Shown here piece after piece: positions 39,127-51,045 of a stretch of DNA of 64,000 nucleotides. Positions within the stretch are counted from its first letter, which is position 1, and each line of letters begins with the position of its first letter. The notes under the pieces were generated by a model. The model ran no database searches. It was not told where the DNA came from and saw only the letters and a program-made list of their open reading frames with translations. The stretch is taken from contig CAVPHB010000002.1 in assembly GCA_963704145.1 (NCBI GenBank), forward strand, positions 259,878 through 323,877, read 5' to 3'. The translations under genes and the position numbers were made by a program. This stretch comes from an uncultured Chloroflexia bacterium (lineage in GTDB: Bacteria > Chloroflexota > Limnocylindria > Limnocylindrales > CSP1-4).

Positions 39127-40518
39127 TCACAGGGCGAACCACAGGCCGTTCTCCCAGGGCACGGTGAAGGCGTAGCCCGGGCCGCGGAAGAAGGCGCCCA
39201 GGAAGGTGATGACCAGGCCCGCGGCGGCGAACAGCGTGAAGAGCACGATGCCCAGCTTGCGGTCGGCCGGGCCGCGACGAGCCGCCGTCGCCGCGCGGAC
39301 CGCGGTCGATGTACGGGATGGCGCCGATGGCAATGAAGATGGTCAGGATCGGAATGGCCCCGGCGACGGTCGGGTGGAAGTAGGCCAGCAGCTCCTGGAT
39401 ACCGACCAGGTACCACGGCGCCTTGGCCGCCGCGGGCGTGACGATCGGGTTGGCCAGCTCCTCGAGCGGGGCGTTGACGAAGAAGCCCATCAGCAGCAGG
39501 AAGACGCTCATCATCGCCGCCGCGAAGAACTCGATCGAGAGCAGGTGCGGCCAGGTCATGACCGTGTCGTCGGGTTCCTTCTGGACGCGCACGACGGCGT
39601 CCTGCTTGACCAGCGCCAGCAGTCGGTACGGCTTGGCGGCCATCGGCACGCGCTGCTTGTCGATCTCCGTCGTGCGCCGCTCGGGCGGGGCGGCGGGCAG
39701 CGCCGTGCCGGCGCGGCGCGGCCGCGGCGTGGCTAGGTCGTAGGCGCCGGCAGGTTGGACTTCTCGTCGGTCATCGGCTGTGCTCGTGCTCACAGCGGGC
39801 CCGGAGATGCCGCCGTCCTTGCGGATGCGCCAGAAGTGGACGGCCAGGAAGATGGCGGCGGCCAGCGGCAGCAGGATGACGTGCAGCATGTAGAAGCGGA
39901 GCAGGGTGTTCTGGCTGACCTCGATGCCGCCGAAGATGAGCAGCTGCGAGGGCCGCGACAGGAGCGGCACGTACGAGGCGATGTTGTTGCCGATGGTGAT
40001 CGCCCAGAACGCGATCTGGTCCCACGGCAGCAGGTAGCCGGTGAAGGAAAGGGCGATCGTCAGGAAGAGCAGCAGCGCGCCGACCACCCAGTTGAACTCG
40101 CGCGGCGGCTTGTAGGCGCCGTGGTAGAAGACGCGCATCATGTGCAGGAAGACGAAGAAGACCATCAGGTGCGCGGCCCAGCGATGGATGTTGCGCGTCA
40201 GCAGGCCGAAGGGCACCTCGGCCTGGATGCGCAGGATGTCGTCGTAGGCACGCGTGGCCGAGGGCACGTAGAAGAACATCAGGAACACGCCGGTCACGGT
40301 CAGCACCAGGAAGAAGAAGAACGAGAGACCGCCCAGGCAGAACGTGTAGGCGAACTTGACTGCGTGCGGCGGACGCGGACCGGGTGGAGGTGCAGGAAGA
40401 CGTTGTTCATGACCGCGTAGGCGCGCGATCGCTCGTCCGACGGATACGGCTGACGGAAGAGCGAGCGGAACAGGGCGCTCCGGCGCAGGGCCGTGTCTAC
40501 GCGCTCAAGAAAACTCAA
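39127..40518 (-). CDS. Cytochrome b (fused b6/subunit IV type), frame-switched.
   Basis: The pieces are 40300..40518 (TTG start after GGGAGGA), 39089..40306 ([35 protein letters not shown]) and 39127..39333 (C-terminal helix). Confidence 0.9.
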
Positions 40519-42454
40519 CGAACGTATCCTCCCGCCTCGGCGCGGTTACCGATACCGACCAAACCCAGCTGCGTGTCGCGGTAGCTCTCCTTGTAGAGCC
40601 GCCCGTCGCTGCTGATCTCCTGGAGCTCGAACCGCTCCATGGTAATGGCGTCATACGGACATCGCTTGACGCACAGCGCGCAGCGGATGCAGCGCTCCTC
40701 GTCGAGCACCATCGCCGCGCCGTCGGACCAGCCGTAGGCGTCGACCAGCTCGGGCAGCGGACCCTCCGACTTCATCTGGTTGATGTCGATCATGTGGATG
40801 ACGCCCTCGGGGCAGACGTCGGCGCACGCGCCGCACAGCACGCAGCGGAAGGGGTCGAACCAGATGTTGTAGTTGCACATCAGGCAGCGCGTGCTCTCGG
40901 TGACCGCCTGGCTGGCGCTGTAGCCGCGCTCGACCGGCGTGTTGACGTTGACGTGCGGGTCGGCCGATGGACATGCGCGCCGCGACCGACACCATGGGCA
41001 CGTGGACACGCGGCAGGACGTCGTAGAACTCGGGCATCTCGTGGCTGCGCGAGCTGAGACGATGCGCACGTTGGCCTCGACGTCGACTTCGCGCCGGCCG
41101 GACAGGTAGCGGTCGATCGCGTAGGCGCACTTCTTGCCGTGACCGGCGGCTTCGATCAGCGTCGTCGGACCGGTCACGAAGTCGCCGCAGGCGAAGACGC
41201 CGCGGACGTTCGTCGCGTAGGTGGCCGGGTCGACCGGACCCGGCCGCGGTCGATCTCGAAGTTCGACTCGACCGACAGGAAGGTGTTGTCGGTCGCCTGG
41301 CTGACGCCGGGATGACGGTGTCGGCCTTGATGTCGAACTCGCTGCCCTCGATCGGGCACGGGCGCGCGGCGGCCGGTCGCGTCCGGCTCGCCCAGCCGGT
41401 TGCGGATGAACCTGCACGGCGCGTACGTGGCCGTTCTCGTCGCCCAGGATCTCGACCGGGCTGACGAGGAACTCCATGCGCACGCCTTCGCGCTCGGTCT
41501 CGCCCAGCTCCTCCTCGTCGACGACCAGTTCTGAGCGTGTCCGCCGGTAGGCGATGGTCACGTTCTGGGCGCCGTGGCGCAGGCTGGTGCGCGAGCAGTC
41601 CATGGCGGTGTAGCCGCCGCCGATGACGACCACGTCGGTGCCCACGGACAGCGGCTCGCCCAGGTTGGCGCTCTTCATGAAGTCGACGCCGTACTGGATG
41701 CCGTCGAGGTCGCCCCCGGGATGTCGAGTCGCGATCGGCGTTCATCGCGCCGGCGCAGATCGCGATGCACGTCGAAGTCGCGCTGGAGCTGGTCGAACGA
41801 TGATGTCGACCCCGATCGTGACGCCGTAGATGAACCGCACGCCCAGCCGCTCGACGAGCCGCACGTCCATCTCGATCGCCCGCGCGGCAGGCGGAAGGCC
41901 GGCACGCCGATGAGCATCGTGCCGCCGCCGTACGGGCAGCTCGTCGAAGACGGTCACCTGGTGGCCGGCGACGGCCAGCTCGTGCGCAACGGCGAGGCCG
42001 GCCGGGCCGGCGCCGATGACGCGACCCGCTTGGTATCGCGCGGCGTGATGGCGGCATGTCGTCGGGGATGCCCGATGCCTGGTGCCATTCGACCAGGAAG
42101 CGCTTCATGGCGCGAATCGCGAGCGGCCGATCGATGTCGCCGCGGCGACAGGCGCGCTCGCACGGGCGCCGAGCAGACGTACGCACACATCGCCGCGACC
42201 GGATTCGGCTCGCGCGACAGGATGTAGCCCTCTTCGAAGCGGCCCTCGGCGGCCAGATTCAGGTAGCCGCGACAGTTGGTGCCGACAGGGCACGCTTCCT
42301 GACACTCGATGTTGCACTGCAGCCAGGAGGCATCGACAGGCTGAACCAGGAATTCCTGGTTGGGATCGATGGCCAAGGGATCAGTCCTCGTGGGGCAGGC
42401 TGTGCTCGGTTGCCACCGCGCAGCGATCGTACCATCGCCCTCTCCTGCCGGCAT
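40515..42454 (-). CDS. GltD-like NAD(P)H/FAD oxidoreductase with N-terminal Fe-S cysteines and C-terminal 2x[4Fe-4S] ferredoxin domains. Heavily frame-switched.
   Basis: The fragments carry FEEGYILSREPNPVAAMCAYVCSAPCERACRRGDIDRPLAIRAMKRF, GGGYTAMDCSRT, VFACGDFVTGPTTLIEAAGHGKKCAYAID and CIRCALCVKRCPYDAI. The stop overlaps the cytochrome b start (TTGA). Confidence 0.8.
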
Positions 42455-42558
42455 GGGCGACGTGACCGGCGGTACCGCGTCGGCCCTCCAACCGGTCCCG
42501 TAGACGCCGGCCGGCCACGCGGCCTAGGCTGGCCGCGTGATGGCGACCTACCCCCGGC

Positions 42559-43748
42559 ATGCCCGCCAGCGCGCCATCGGCTGCTGCCCAGGGTCCCTGT
42601 GGCGCGGCCCGCGCCGAGGTCGATAGCCTCTGCGCTGAGGCCGAACGACTGGCCCAGGCCGCCAGCACCCGGCTGAAGCGAGCTGCGCGACGCCAGAGCG
42701 CCAGGCGGCCGAGGTCGTCGAGCCGCGCGACGCCGACGCCCGCGTGCGTGACAGACGCCGGCTGAGCGAGGCAAAGGAGGAGGCGCGGCGCGCCTATCAC
42801 GAGGCGCTCGGCCAGGCCGACGACCAGGGTGCCGTTCAGGACGCGGCGGCCGCCTGGTTGCAGCGAGATCGATCGGCTCAATCGCCAGCTCCAGATCGCC
42901 GATCAGCGCGCCGGAGAGGTGACCGCCCGGGCGGCTGAACTCGAGCGGGTGCTGCCGGGCATCGAGCTCGCCGCTGACGCCGCGCGCATCGCGCCGAGGC
43001 TGCGCAGGTTGCCTGCCTCGAGGCGCGCCGAACGCTGGCCGCGTGCGAGGAAGAGGCCCAGCGGCGGGCCCCGCGGTCGAGCGGCGTTGTCCCGCCGGGC
43101 TCCGTGCAGCTCGCGGTCGGCGCGCAGCCGAACCCCTTCGCCCGCGCTGGGGCCGGCCAAGCACAGGCTGCTACCGCGCTACCCTCGTCGGCCGCCGGCC
43201 AGGTGGCGCCCATTTCGCTGGTGCTGCGCGGCGACCGCCAGACGTTGCTCGGCCTGGCCCTGCGCCTAGCCGACGAAACCGGCGTCGAGGCCGGTCGGCT
43301 GCAGCTGCTGCTGCTCGAGCTGCGCGAGGCAGATCGCCGCTCGCGCGCTGGAAGAGCACGCTCTGAGCTTCGCCGCGGCTCACCCCTTCTGGAGCCAGTT
43401 CATGGCCGACGAGGCGCGCAGGTGGCGGCCAGCCTAGCGTCGATGGGCTATCCGCTTCGACGGCCGGACGGCTGGGTCGACGGCCGCGCGCCAGCGGTCC
43501 GCGATCTGGCCCTGGCCCTGTCGCACTGCGGGCTACGATCCGCGCACGTTGCGCCGGCCGGCCGGACAGGCGGCGATCGACGGGCTGTGGCAGGGCACGC
43601 CGTGCTGGTCGAGGACTACCTAGTTCAGCGCGCGCCCGATCTGTCGCTGGCCCAGTTGATCGACCTGCCTGGGCGCGGGCGCGGCGCGGCTGGGCGAGCT
43701 GTGGGATATGTGGGGCCGGCTGCGGCCCCTGCTCCTGCCGGCCGGCTA
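42559..43748 (+). CDS. Hypothetical coiled-coil protein, frame-switched.
   Basis: It was stitched by eye from 42559..42765, 42744..42938, 42829..43269, 43104..43952 and unlisted frames (…EIDRLNRQLQIADQRAGEV…LGELWDMWGRLRPLLLPAG, then stop). No family recognised. Confidence 0.45.
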
Positions 43749-44498
43749 GCCCAGGCTCACCACTGCGGAAGGACTCAGCGGCCTCGCTGCCGATGCGCCG
43801 GCCATCCTCGCGCCGCCCAGCCGCGCAGCATCTCCTCGAGCTCGTCCGGCTTTCGCAGCTGGCTGACGTGCTCGCGCAGCGCGGCCAGCTTGATCTCCAT
43901 CGTGTCGGTGACGTCGACCCACGCAGTGGGCTTGTCGGTGAAGAAGAGATAGACGACTGCTGGACGCTCCACGGCGCGAGACCCTCGTCGATCACCAGGC
44001 CGCGGAAAGGCCATCGCGTTGCGCGCCGCTGGATAGACGGCATCGATCGCCGCCAGGCCGGCCTGGCGGTGGTCGACGTGCTGCACGAAACCGTCGCCGT
44101 GGATGATGACGGTCGGATCCATGGCCATCGACGGCGTCGGGCGTGAATGCGCCGAATGATGCGCACCAGCTGTTCGCGCAGGGCAAGGTCGTTCTCCAGC
44201 GCCCCGTCGGGCCGATGCAGGAAGTCGACGCCCTCGTAGCCCACCACGGCGGCGGCCGCACGTTGCTCTGTCTCACGGGTGCGGGCCAACTCGAGCGGAT
44301 CGGCATGCGCGTCGTCCGACGCCGGCGTCGCCACTGGTGCAGCACACCAGCGTGCCACCGTGCCGGCCTGCGATCCAGCGATGCGATGCGTGCCGGCGAC
44401 ACCGAAGTCGCCGTCGTCGGGATGGGCCACGATCACCAGGGCGCGCTCCGGCCGCTCGTCGTGTGGCTGTCGGTTATGTCGCGCGGGATGTCGCTCAC
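43746..44498 (-). CDS. PIG-L/LmbE-family deacetylase, frame-switched.
   Basis: It has ALVIVAHPDDGDFG, then DAVMAMDPTVIIHGDGFVQHVDHRQAG and TMEIKLAALREHVSQL, spread over several frames. The stop shares the GCTAGC with the convergent gene. Confidence 0.7.
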
Positions 44499-44617
44499 GG
44501 CCTGCCCAACTACGTTTCAATCTCAAGATCGACGCGGTCCGTGGGCAATTGCGCAGATAACGACTATGTGATGCTTCGCGGCCGAGGCATCGCTCGTCTC
44601 CCCCCACGGGCGATGCC

Positions 44618-45212
44618 TCATGTTGTCTGGCCGCCAGGCGCGCACGCCTGCCGGCGATCGAGTGCCTCGATCACTTCGCCGGCGTGGCCGGCCGGCTTGA
44701 CCCGGGCCAGACGCGGCGATGCGGCCCTCCGGATCGATCAGGAATGTGGCCCGCTGGACACCCATGTAGACCTCTGCCGTAGTTCGGTCTTCTCGACCCA
44801 CGTTCCGTACGTCTCGGCGGCCGCATGATCCTCGTCGGCGAGGAGCACGAAGGGCAGGCCGAACTTGCGCTTGAAGGCGGCCTTGCTGTCACTGCCCGAG
44901 CACGCTCACGCCCCAGACCTCCGCGTCGCGGCCGCGGATGTTCTGGGTGGCGTCCCGGAATTCGCACGCCTCGGTGGTGCAGCCCGGCGTGTCGTCCTTG
45001 GGATAGAAGTAGAGCACCGTCCATGGCCACGTCGCTCGCTCAGGCGCCGCTCGGCGCCGCATCGTCGAACAGTGCGATCTCGGGTGCGACGTGGCCGACT
45101 GCGGCAGCGCCGGCTCGACTCGTCCTGGGGCTGGCTCTCCGCTGGTCGTCGCTTCGATCGCGACGCCCTCGACGATAGGGAACCATACGGCGCTGCGCCC
45201 GCCAGGGGCCAC
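44618..45212 (-). CDS. bcp: Thiol peroxidase Bcp (peroxiredoxin), frame-switched.
   Basis: It has [22 protein letters not shown], then [21 protein letters not shown] (hand translation of an unlisted frame) and [14 protein letters not shown] in other frames. Confidence 0.75.
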
Positions 45213-46262
45213 CTACGGCGCCGGCTCGGGCAGCACCATGATCCCGGCCGGAGCCACGCGCAGGCGGAGGCGCTGCCCAACGGTGGGCGCTGCCGGCTGA
45301 CCGACATGCATCTCGAGCGACGGCGCGTCGCGCCCGATCGCGCGCAGGCGCAGGACCTGGTGTGGTCGCCCCGGAAGGTGCACGCCTCGACCTGGGCCTC
45401 GATCGGTCCGGCCGGGTCTAGTTCGATGGCCTCCGGTCGGATGAGCAGCCGTCAACGCCGGCGGGCAGCGCCGCCGGCAACTCCAGGCTGCCCCACGGGG
45501 TGACCGCTCGGTGCCGTCGACGATCGGCGAGCTGCAGATGTTGGTCAGGCCCAGGAAGCGCGCCACGAACTCGTTCGGCGGCGAGTGCCACAGCTCGTGC
45601 GGCGGCATGACCGCCTCAAGCCGGCCCGCGCGCAGAACCGCCACCCGGTCGCCCACGGCGAGCGCCTCCTCCTGGTCGTGGGTCACGTAGATGATCGGCA
45701 GGCGCAGACGCGGCGAACAGGCCGGCCAGCTCGTCCGAGCAGCCGCGTCGCGCAGCGCCGCGATCCAGCGCACCCGAGCGGCTCGTCGAGCATCAGCAAG
45801 CGCGGGGTTGGCGCCAGCGCGCGAGCCAGGGCGACGCGCTGCTGCTCGCCGCCCGACAGCTGCGCCGACTGAGCGCCGCGTCGTAGCCGGGCAGCCCGAC
45901 GAGCTCGAGCACCTCGGCCACCCGCGCGTCCGACCGCCGCCGGCGCGTCAGGCCGCGCATCTGGAGCCCGAACGCCACGTTGCCATGCACGTCGCGCTGC
46001 GGAAAGAGGACGTAGTCCTGGAACATCAGCCCGAAGCCGCGCCGTGAGCGGGCACGCTCGACCAGGTCCGGCGCCGTCCCAGCTGATGCGGCCCGCGCGG
46101 CCAGCGGCTCGAGCCCGGCAATCGCGCGCAGCAGCGTCGACTTGCCCGATCCGCTCGGCCCCAGGACCGCCAGGCGCTCGCGCGGCGCGCACCTCCAGGC
46201 TGACCCGTCGAGGGCCGATCTGGCGGTCCGTAGTGGACGCTCACTCCGGCCAGGCTGAGCAT
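45213..46262 (-). CDS. thiQ: ABC transporter ATP-binding subunit (thiamine/iron-type importer), frame-switched.
   Basis: Walker A ([15 protein letters not shown]) by hand translation, [33 protein letters not shown] and [11 protein letters not shown], spread over three frames. Confidence 0.8.
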
Positions 46263-47930
46263 CAGGCTGCCCCGCGCTGGTCGGTCGCAGCCGGTCGAAG
46301 AGCGAGCGCCGCGCTGGCGGTCACGAGCATCAGTAGCGTGGCCATCGCCATCGCCTGGCCGAACGCGAGCGCGCCCGGCTGGCTGAGCAGGCGAAAGATG
46401 GCGATCGGGCATGGTCGGCGCGTCGGGCCGGACGATGAACAGCGTGGCCCCGAACTCGCCCAACGACACGGCAAAAGCGAAGCGGCGCCGACCAGCGCCG
46501 CCCGCCTGACGATGGGTAGGTCGATCTGCGCGCCACGTCCGCGCGGGCGACGCACCGAGCACCGCGGCGGCGTCGCGCAGGCGCTGGTCGACGGAACGCA
46601 TCAGCGGCACCGTCGCGCGTACCACGAATGGCAGCGCGACGAGCGCGTGGGCGATCGGGATGAGCAACGGCGAGACGCGCAGATGCGATCGGCAGCTGGC
46701 CGAGCGAGAGCAGGAAGCCAAAGCCGACGATCACCGCCGAAGTGCCCAGCGGCAGCATCAGCAGCGCGTCGAAAGCGTGGGCCAGGGCGTCCCGGCGGTA
46801 GGCGATGACCGCCGCCGCGAGCAGGCCGAGCGGCAGGCTGATGGCCGTCGCCGCGGCGGCGAAGACGAGCGAGTTGCGCGATGGCCTCGATCGGTGGCAC
46901 GAACAGAGCGCCGCGCGGGCGCTGTCGCCGAACAGCGCCAGGAAGTTGTCGAGCCCGTAGCCGCGTCGGCCCGACCAGCGCTCGCTCGACCAGCACGCGC
47001 CAGCGGCAGGCCGAGCAGCAGCGAGCATCAGCGCGCCAGGTTGGCGCCCACGAAGCGCCGACTCGCGCGCGGCCGCGCGGCCGTCGCGCGGCACTGCGCC
47101 CGCCGGTCGCAAGGCGCTGGCTGCGTTCGCCGTCTTCTGCTGATAGCGGCGCGTAGCACGACCAGCAGCGCGCCGAGCGCGACCATCTGGAGCAGCGCCA
47201 GAGTGGCCGCGACGCGGCAGGTCGAGCAGCTGCGCCGTCTGGCGATAGATCTCGACCTCGAGCGTGGCGAAGTGCGGCCCGCCGAGCAGCAGGACGACGC
47301 CGAACGAGGTGAACGTGAACAGGAAGACGATCGATGCCGCCGAGGCGATGGCCGGCCGGAGCAAGCGGCAGCGTCACCCGGCGGAACGCCTGCCAGCGGC
47401 GTCGCGCCCAGCATCGCGCGCCGCCTCCTCGAGGCGCGGATCGAGCTGCGCCCACACGCCGCCCACGACGCGCAGCACGACCGCGTAGTTGTAGAAGACG
47501 TGCGCGAGCAGGATCGCCCAGATGGTGTGCTCGAGGCGCATGCCGAGCGGGCTGCGCGGGCCGAGCAGGGCCAGAAAGGCGGCCGCCACGACGACCGTGG
47601 GCAGCACGAAGGGCACGATCGTCAGGGCGCTCGAGCAGGCGCCGGCCGGGGAACTCGAAGCGCGCGAAGACATAGGCGCCGGGCAGTGCCACGAGGACGG
47701 TCAGCAGCGGTCGAGAGGGCCGCCTGCCAGAGGGTGAACCAGACACGTTTCGAGCACGAACGAGCGGCCCAGGATCGCGGCTATCGCGGCCGGCTCGAAC
47801 GTGCCGCCCGGGGCCAGGCCGGCGACCAGGATCGCGCCGAGCGGATAGACGAAGAAGAGCAGCGCGAAAGCGAGCGGCGCGGAGGCCAACGCAAGGGTCA
47901 GCAGGCCGCGCCGGGCGAGTGGCGTCCGGC
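46262..47930 (-). CDS. thiP: Double-domain ABC permease, frame-switched. The 5' end is approximate.
   Basis: Hydrophobic fragments in many frames, e.g. [44 protein letters not shown] and [20 protein letters not shown]. The stop overlaps the ATPase ATG. Confidence 0.7.
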
Positions 47931-47932
47931 GG

Positions 47933-49000
47933 CTAGCGGAGAACGACGTCGGTCCACTCCTCGATCCAACGCTCGCGCTGGACCGCCGATGACGGCCGGG
48001 TCCATCACGAGTGGCTGGCTGACCTGCGACGGCGTGCTCAGCGAAGAGCGGCGGCAGCTGGACCGTGGTGCTGGCCGGGAAGACGAACATGCTGAGCGGG
48101 ATGTCCTGCTGGAAAGCGGCGGACAGCATGAAGGTCGATGAACGCCTCGGCCGCCTCGGGCTGCCTGGGCGCCGGCCAGCACGCCGGCGAACTCGACCTG
48201 GCGGAAGCAGCCGTCGTCGACTACTCCGGTCGGGGCCTGGGCTGGCTGAGGATCGGCGAAGTAGACCTCGGCGGCCGGACTGGTGGCGTACGAAACGACG
48301 ATCGGCCGATCGCCCTCGCCCGAGCCGCCCGAGAACGAACCGTAGTAGGCCTCTTCCCAGCCAGCCGCGACAAGCACGTCGTTGTCGCGCAGCTCGCGCC
48401 AGTAGTCACGCCACGTGTAGTCGCACCGTCCGTCGCCAAAGCGGACGATCGTCGCGAGCAGGAAGGCCAAGGCCGGGCGAGGAGGTGGCCGGGTTCTCGA
48501 CGACGAGCATGCCCCGGTAGGCCGGCGCGGTCGAGGTCCTCCAGCCGGGCAGGTGGGGCAGTGGCGTGGCCAAATACGGCGCGGTCGTAGTTGACACAGA
48601 CGTCGCCGAAGTCGATCGGTGCGACCCTATCCCGGCCCGTGGCCGGGCGCAGCGCGTCGGGCACGGCCTCGAGCGCCGGCGGAGCTGATAGGGCGCAAAG
48701 ATGCCGGCCTCGAGCGCGCGCGACAGGAACGTGTTGTCGACGCCATAGAGGACGTCGGCGAGCGGGTTGTCGCGGGTCAGGATGGCCTGGTTGACGATCG
48801 ATCCGGCGTCCCCGTTCTTGAGCACCTCGACGCTCACCCCCTTCTGCGCCTCGAAACGGTCCATCAGCGACTCGGCGATGGCGAACGAGTCGTGCGTCAT
48901 CAGCGACCAGCCGGGTGGGCTGTGAGGTTGGTCCGCCACACGCGGCCAGGATCACGGCCAGGACGACGGCCACGGCGCATGTGCTGCGCAGCGCGGTCAC
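47933..49000 (-). CDS. thiB: Thiamine-type ABC substrate-binding lipoprotein, frame-switched.
   Basis: Lipoprotein signal MTALRSTCAVAVVLAVILAAC, then LMTHDSFAI...VLKNGDAGSIVNQAILTRDNPLADVLYGVDNTF, IDFGDVCVNYD and IVVSYATSPAAEVYF, in several frames. Confidence 0.7.
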
Positions 49001-49688
49001 CTGCCGCGGAGCTCGCCCGTCTTGCGCGTGTGGACCACGGCCAGCCGTCCGCTGCGCCGAGCGACGGTGGCCCGCGCGCCGGTCGAGTCTCGTTGGACAG
49101 GCCGCGGGTCGGGCCCATCAGCAGCGCCTCGTCGTGCAGTGGGTAGGCCAGGCCGGTCGTGGTCACGCCTTCGACACGCTTGCTCAGCGCCAGCAGCGAG
49201 ACGTAGTCGCCGGCCGCCCCGTTCAGTGCGAGGCTCGCCGGTCCACCGTCACCGATCACGCGGACCACGCTGGCTGAGTCGGCAAGGCAGATGTCGCAGG
49301 CCGGCCAGCTCGGGCAGACGCGAGCAGCAGCAGGTTGGCGAGCGTGTGCTCGAGGCGCTTCCCGCCGAATGCGCCGACGATGACGAATGCGGTTCGCCCC
49401 GCGCTGCGATCGCCTCACGCAGCGGCGAGCTCGGTGTCGCTCTCGTCCTTGGTCGGCTGATGGACGATCACCTCGGCGCCCGCCGCGCGCAGCCGCAGCG
49501 ACGTCGGGCGCCGAGCGAATCGCCGTCTCCGACGACCACGTCGGGCTGCAGCCCGATCGTCTGCGCCTTGCGCGCACCACCGTCGGCGGCGACGACCAGA
49601 ACCCGCTCGTCCGGCTCACGGCCGAGCAGGCGCTCGACCATCGCCACGCGCGGGACACGTCTCCGTCGGCGATGATCAGGGCCTTCAA
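48997..49688 (-). CDS. thiN: Thiamine diphosphokinase, frame-switched.
   Basis: TTG start at 49688 after GGAGG. It has KALIIADGDV, VVGDGDS, TKDESDTELA (hand translation) and GDYVSLLALSKRVEGVTTTGLAYPL. The stop overlaps the thiB GTG (GTGA). Confidence 0.7.
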
Positions 49689-49696
49689 CGAACGAA

Positions 49697-49820
49697 CCTC
49701 CGTGCTGGCGGGACGGAGGCGCAATGCTCGAGGACTCCCTTCGCTGGTCCGAACCAGATCAGGTTCCTAGGGTCTGCGGGTTGGTCCCGCACTCTCAGCG
49801 CCGCGTCGGCGCTCCCCTGT
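49697..49820 (-). promoter_or_regulatory. TPP (THI-box) riboswitch with a Shine-Dalgarno-sequestering helix.
   Basis: The minus strand reads GGGGAGCGCC...GGCGCTGAGAGTGCGGGACCAACCCGCAGACCCTAGGAACCTGATCTGGTTCGGACCAGCGAAGGGA, which matches the THI-box consensus. Downstream, CCTCCGT...ACGGAGG pairs over the thiN ribosome-binding site. Confidence 0.85.
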
Positions 49821-49861
49821 CCCGTGTTCAGTTGAGCGCCAATTCTACGCCCGGGGACCTA

Positions 49862-50476
49862 ATGCGGCCGGTGCTAGACTCGGCGGCGTGCCCGGGATCC
49901 CCGCTGCGACTCAACGGGTGTCGACGCTGCCGCGCGCAAGGGCGTCCAAATCGAGGTGACCGTCTTCGAGCAGTCGACGCATACCGCCGAGGAGGCGGCC
50001 GCAGGCCGTCGGCGCCGAGGTGGGCCAGATCGTCAAGAGCCTGGTCTTCGTCTCCGGCGAGCGCCGACGACCTCCATCCGTGCCTGGTCCTGGCGAGCGG
50101 CGCCAACACGGTCGACCTCGCGCTCCTGTCGGCCTCGCTGACCGACCCGCGCCTGCGCCGTGCGACGGCCGAAGAGGCGCGCGAGCTGACCGGCTTCAGC
50201 ATCGGCGGCATCCCGCCTTTCGGCCACGTACGCCCGATCCGGACGGTGATGGATCCCGACCTCGGCCGCTTCGAAGTGGTGTGGGCAGCAGCGGGCACAC
50301 CCAACGCCGTCTTCCCCCTCACGCCGGCGACGCTGCGCGTGCTGGCCAACGCGGTCGTTACTCCGATCGCCGCCACGTCGAGCGCCGCGCAGCAGGAGGC
50401 GGCCGGAGCCCCGACAGCGCGTGACAGCCGCGCGGCACCCCGCGCCGCAGGCCGAGGCGGATGGCACTGCCGGTAG
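49862..50476 (+). CDS. YbaK/EbsC-type aminoacyl-tRNA deacylase, frame-switched. The start is approximate.
   Basis: It has VTVFEQSTHTAEEAA, VGQIVKSLVFV and LVLASGANTVDL...TGFSIGGIPPFGH...VVWAAAGTPNAVFPL, across three frames. Confidence 0.6.
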   Translation: MRPVLDSAACPGSPLRLNGCRRCRAQGRPNRGDRLRAVDAYRRGGGRRPSAPRWARSSRAWSSSPASADDLHPCLVLASGANTVDLALLSASLTDPRLRRATAEEARELTGFSIGGIPPFGHVRPIRTVMDPDLGRFEVVWAAAGTPNAVFPLTPATLRVLANAVVTPIAATSSAAQQEAAGAPTARDSRAAPRAAGRGGWHCR

Positions 50477-51045
50477 CGCACGAGGTGGAACGGCTATCGA
50501 TCCAGTATCCCGGCGGGATCGCCGCGCGTTATCCGCTGGGCGGGGAGCGCCCACGCGGCTGACGTCTTCGGCGTCTCCGAAGCGGCGGGCGAGCTGACCG
50601 ACCACGGGCCCCCGCTCGGCGCCCATGCGGGCCGGCTGTGCCGGCTCGAGCTACACGTCGAGGCCCGGCGGGCAGCATGGACCGCGCGCTTGCGTCGCCC
50701 GTCTTCGACGAGCCGCAGGGCGTGCTGTGGGACAGCGCCGGCCTGTTGCTGGTCAAGTACGGCTTCGTGCTGTACGCATTGGTCGCCCGAACCGGCGAGC
50801 TGTCAATGGAGTCACGCGCAGCGGCACACCTGCGCTGGCCGTGCTGGCCTCGTCGCGCCTGGACCACGTCCTGATGCAGACCGAGGTCGAGACGATCGCG
50901 CTGCGCGGCGACGGCTCGGTCGCCTGGCGAGCGGCCCACGTCGGACGTGATCGTCGGACGCGCAGCTGATCGCCGGTCGGCTGGACCTGACGACCTACGC
51001 CGGCGCGGCACGTCTATCTCGATGCGCGCAGCGGCCAGCAGGCCT
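50461..51045 (+). CDS. Hypothetical protein, frame-switched, with poorly defined limits.
   Basis: Protein-like stretches occur in alternating plus frames, e.g. PVFDEPQGVLWDSAGLLLVKYGFVLYALVARTGEL and LMQTEVETIALRGDGSVAWRAAHV. No family recognised. Confidence 0.3.

Noticed and set aside
43171-44607. 478-aa minus-strand ORF taken as one protein
   Set aside because: It is a composite. Only its upstream third carries LmbE motifs. The remainder is antisense to the plus-strand coiled-coil gene.
46660-48141. 493-aa plus-strand ORF
   Set aside because: It is antisense to the thiP/thiB region and extremely Arg/Glu/Ala-rich. The minus strand carries the recognisable transporter motifs.
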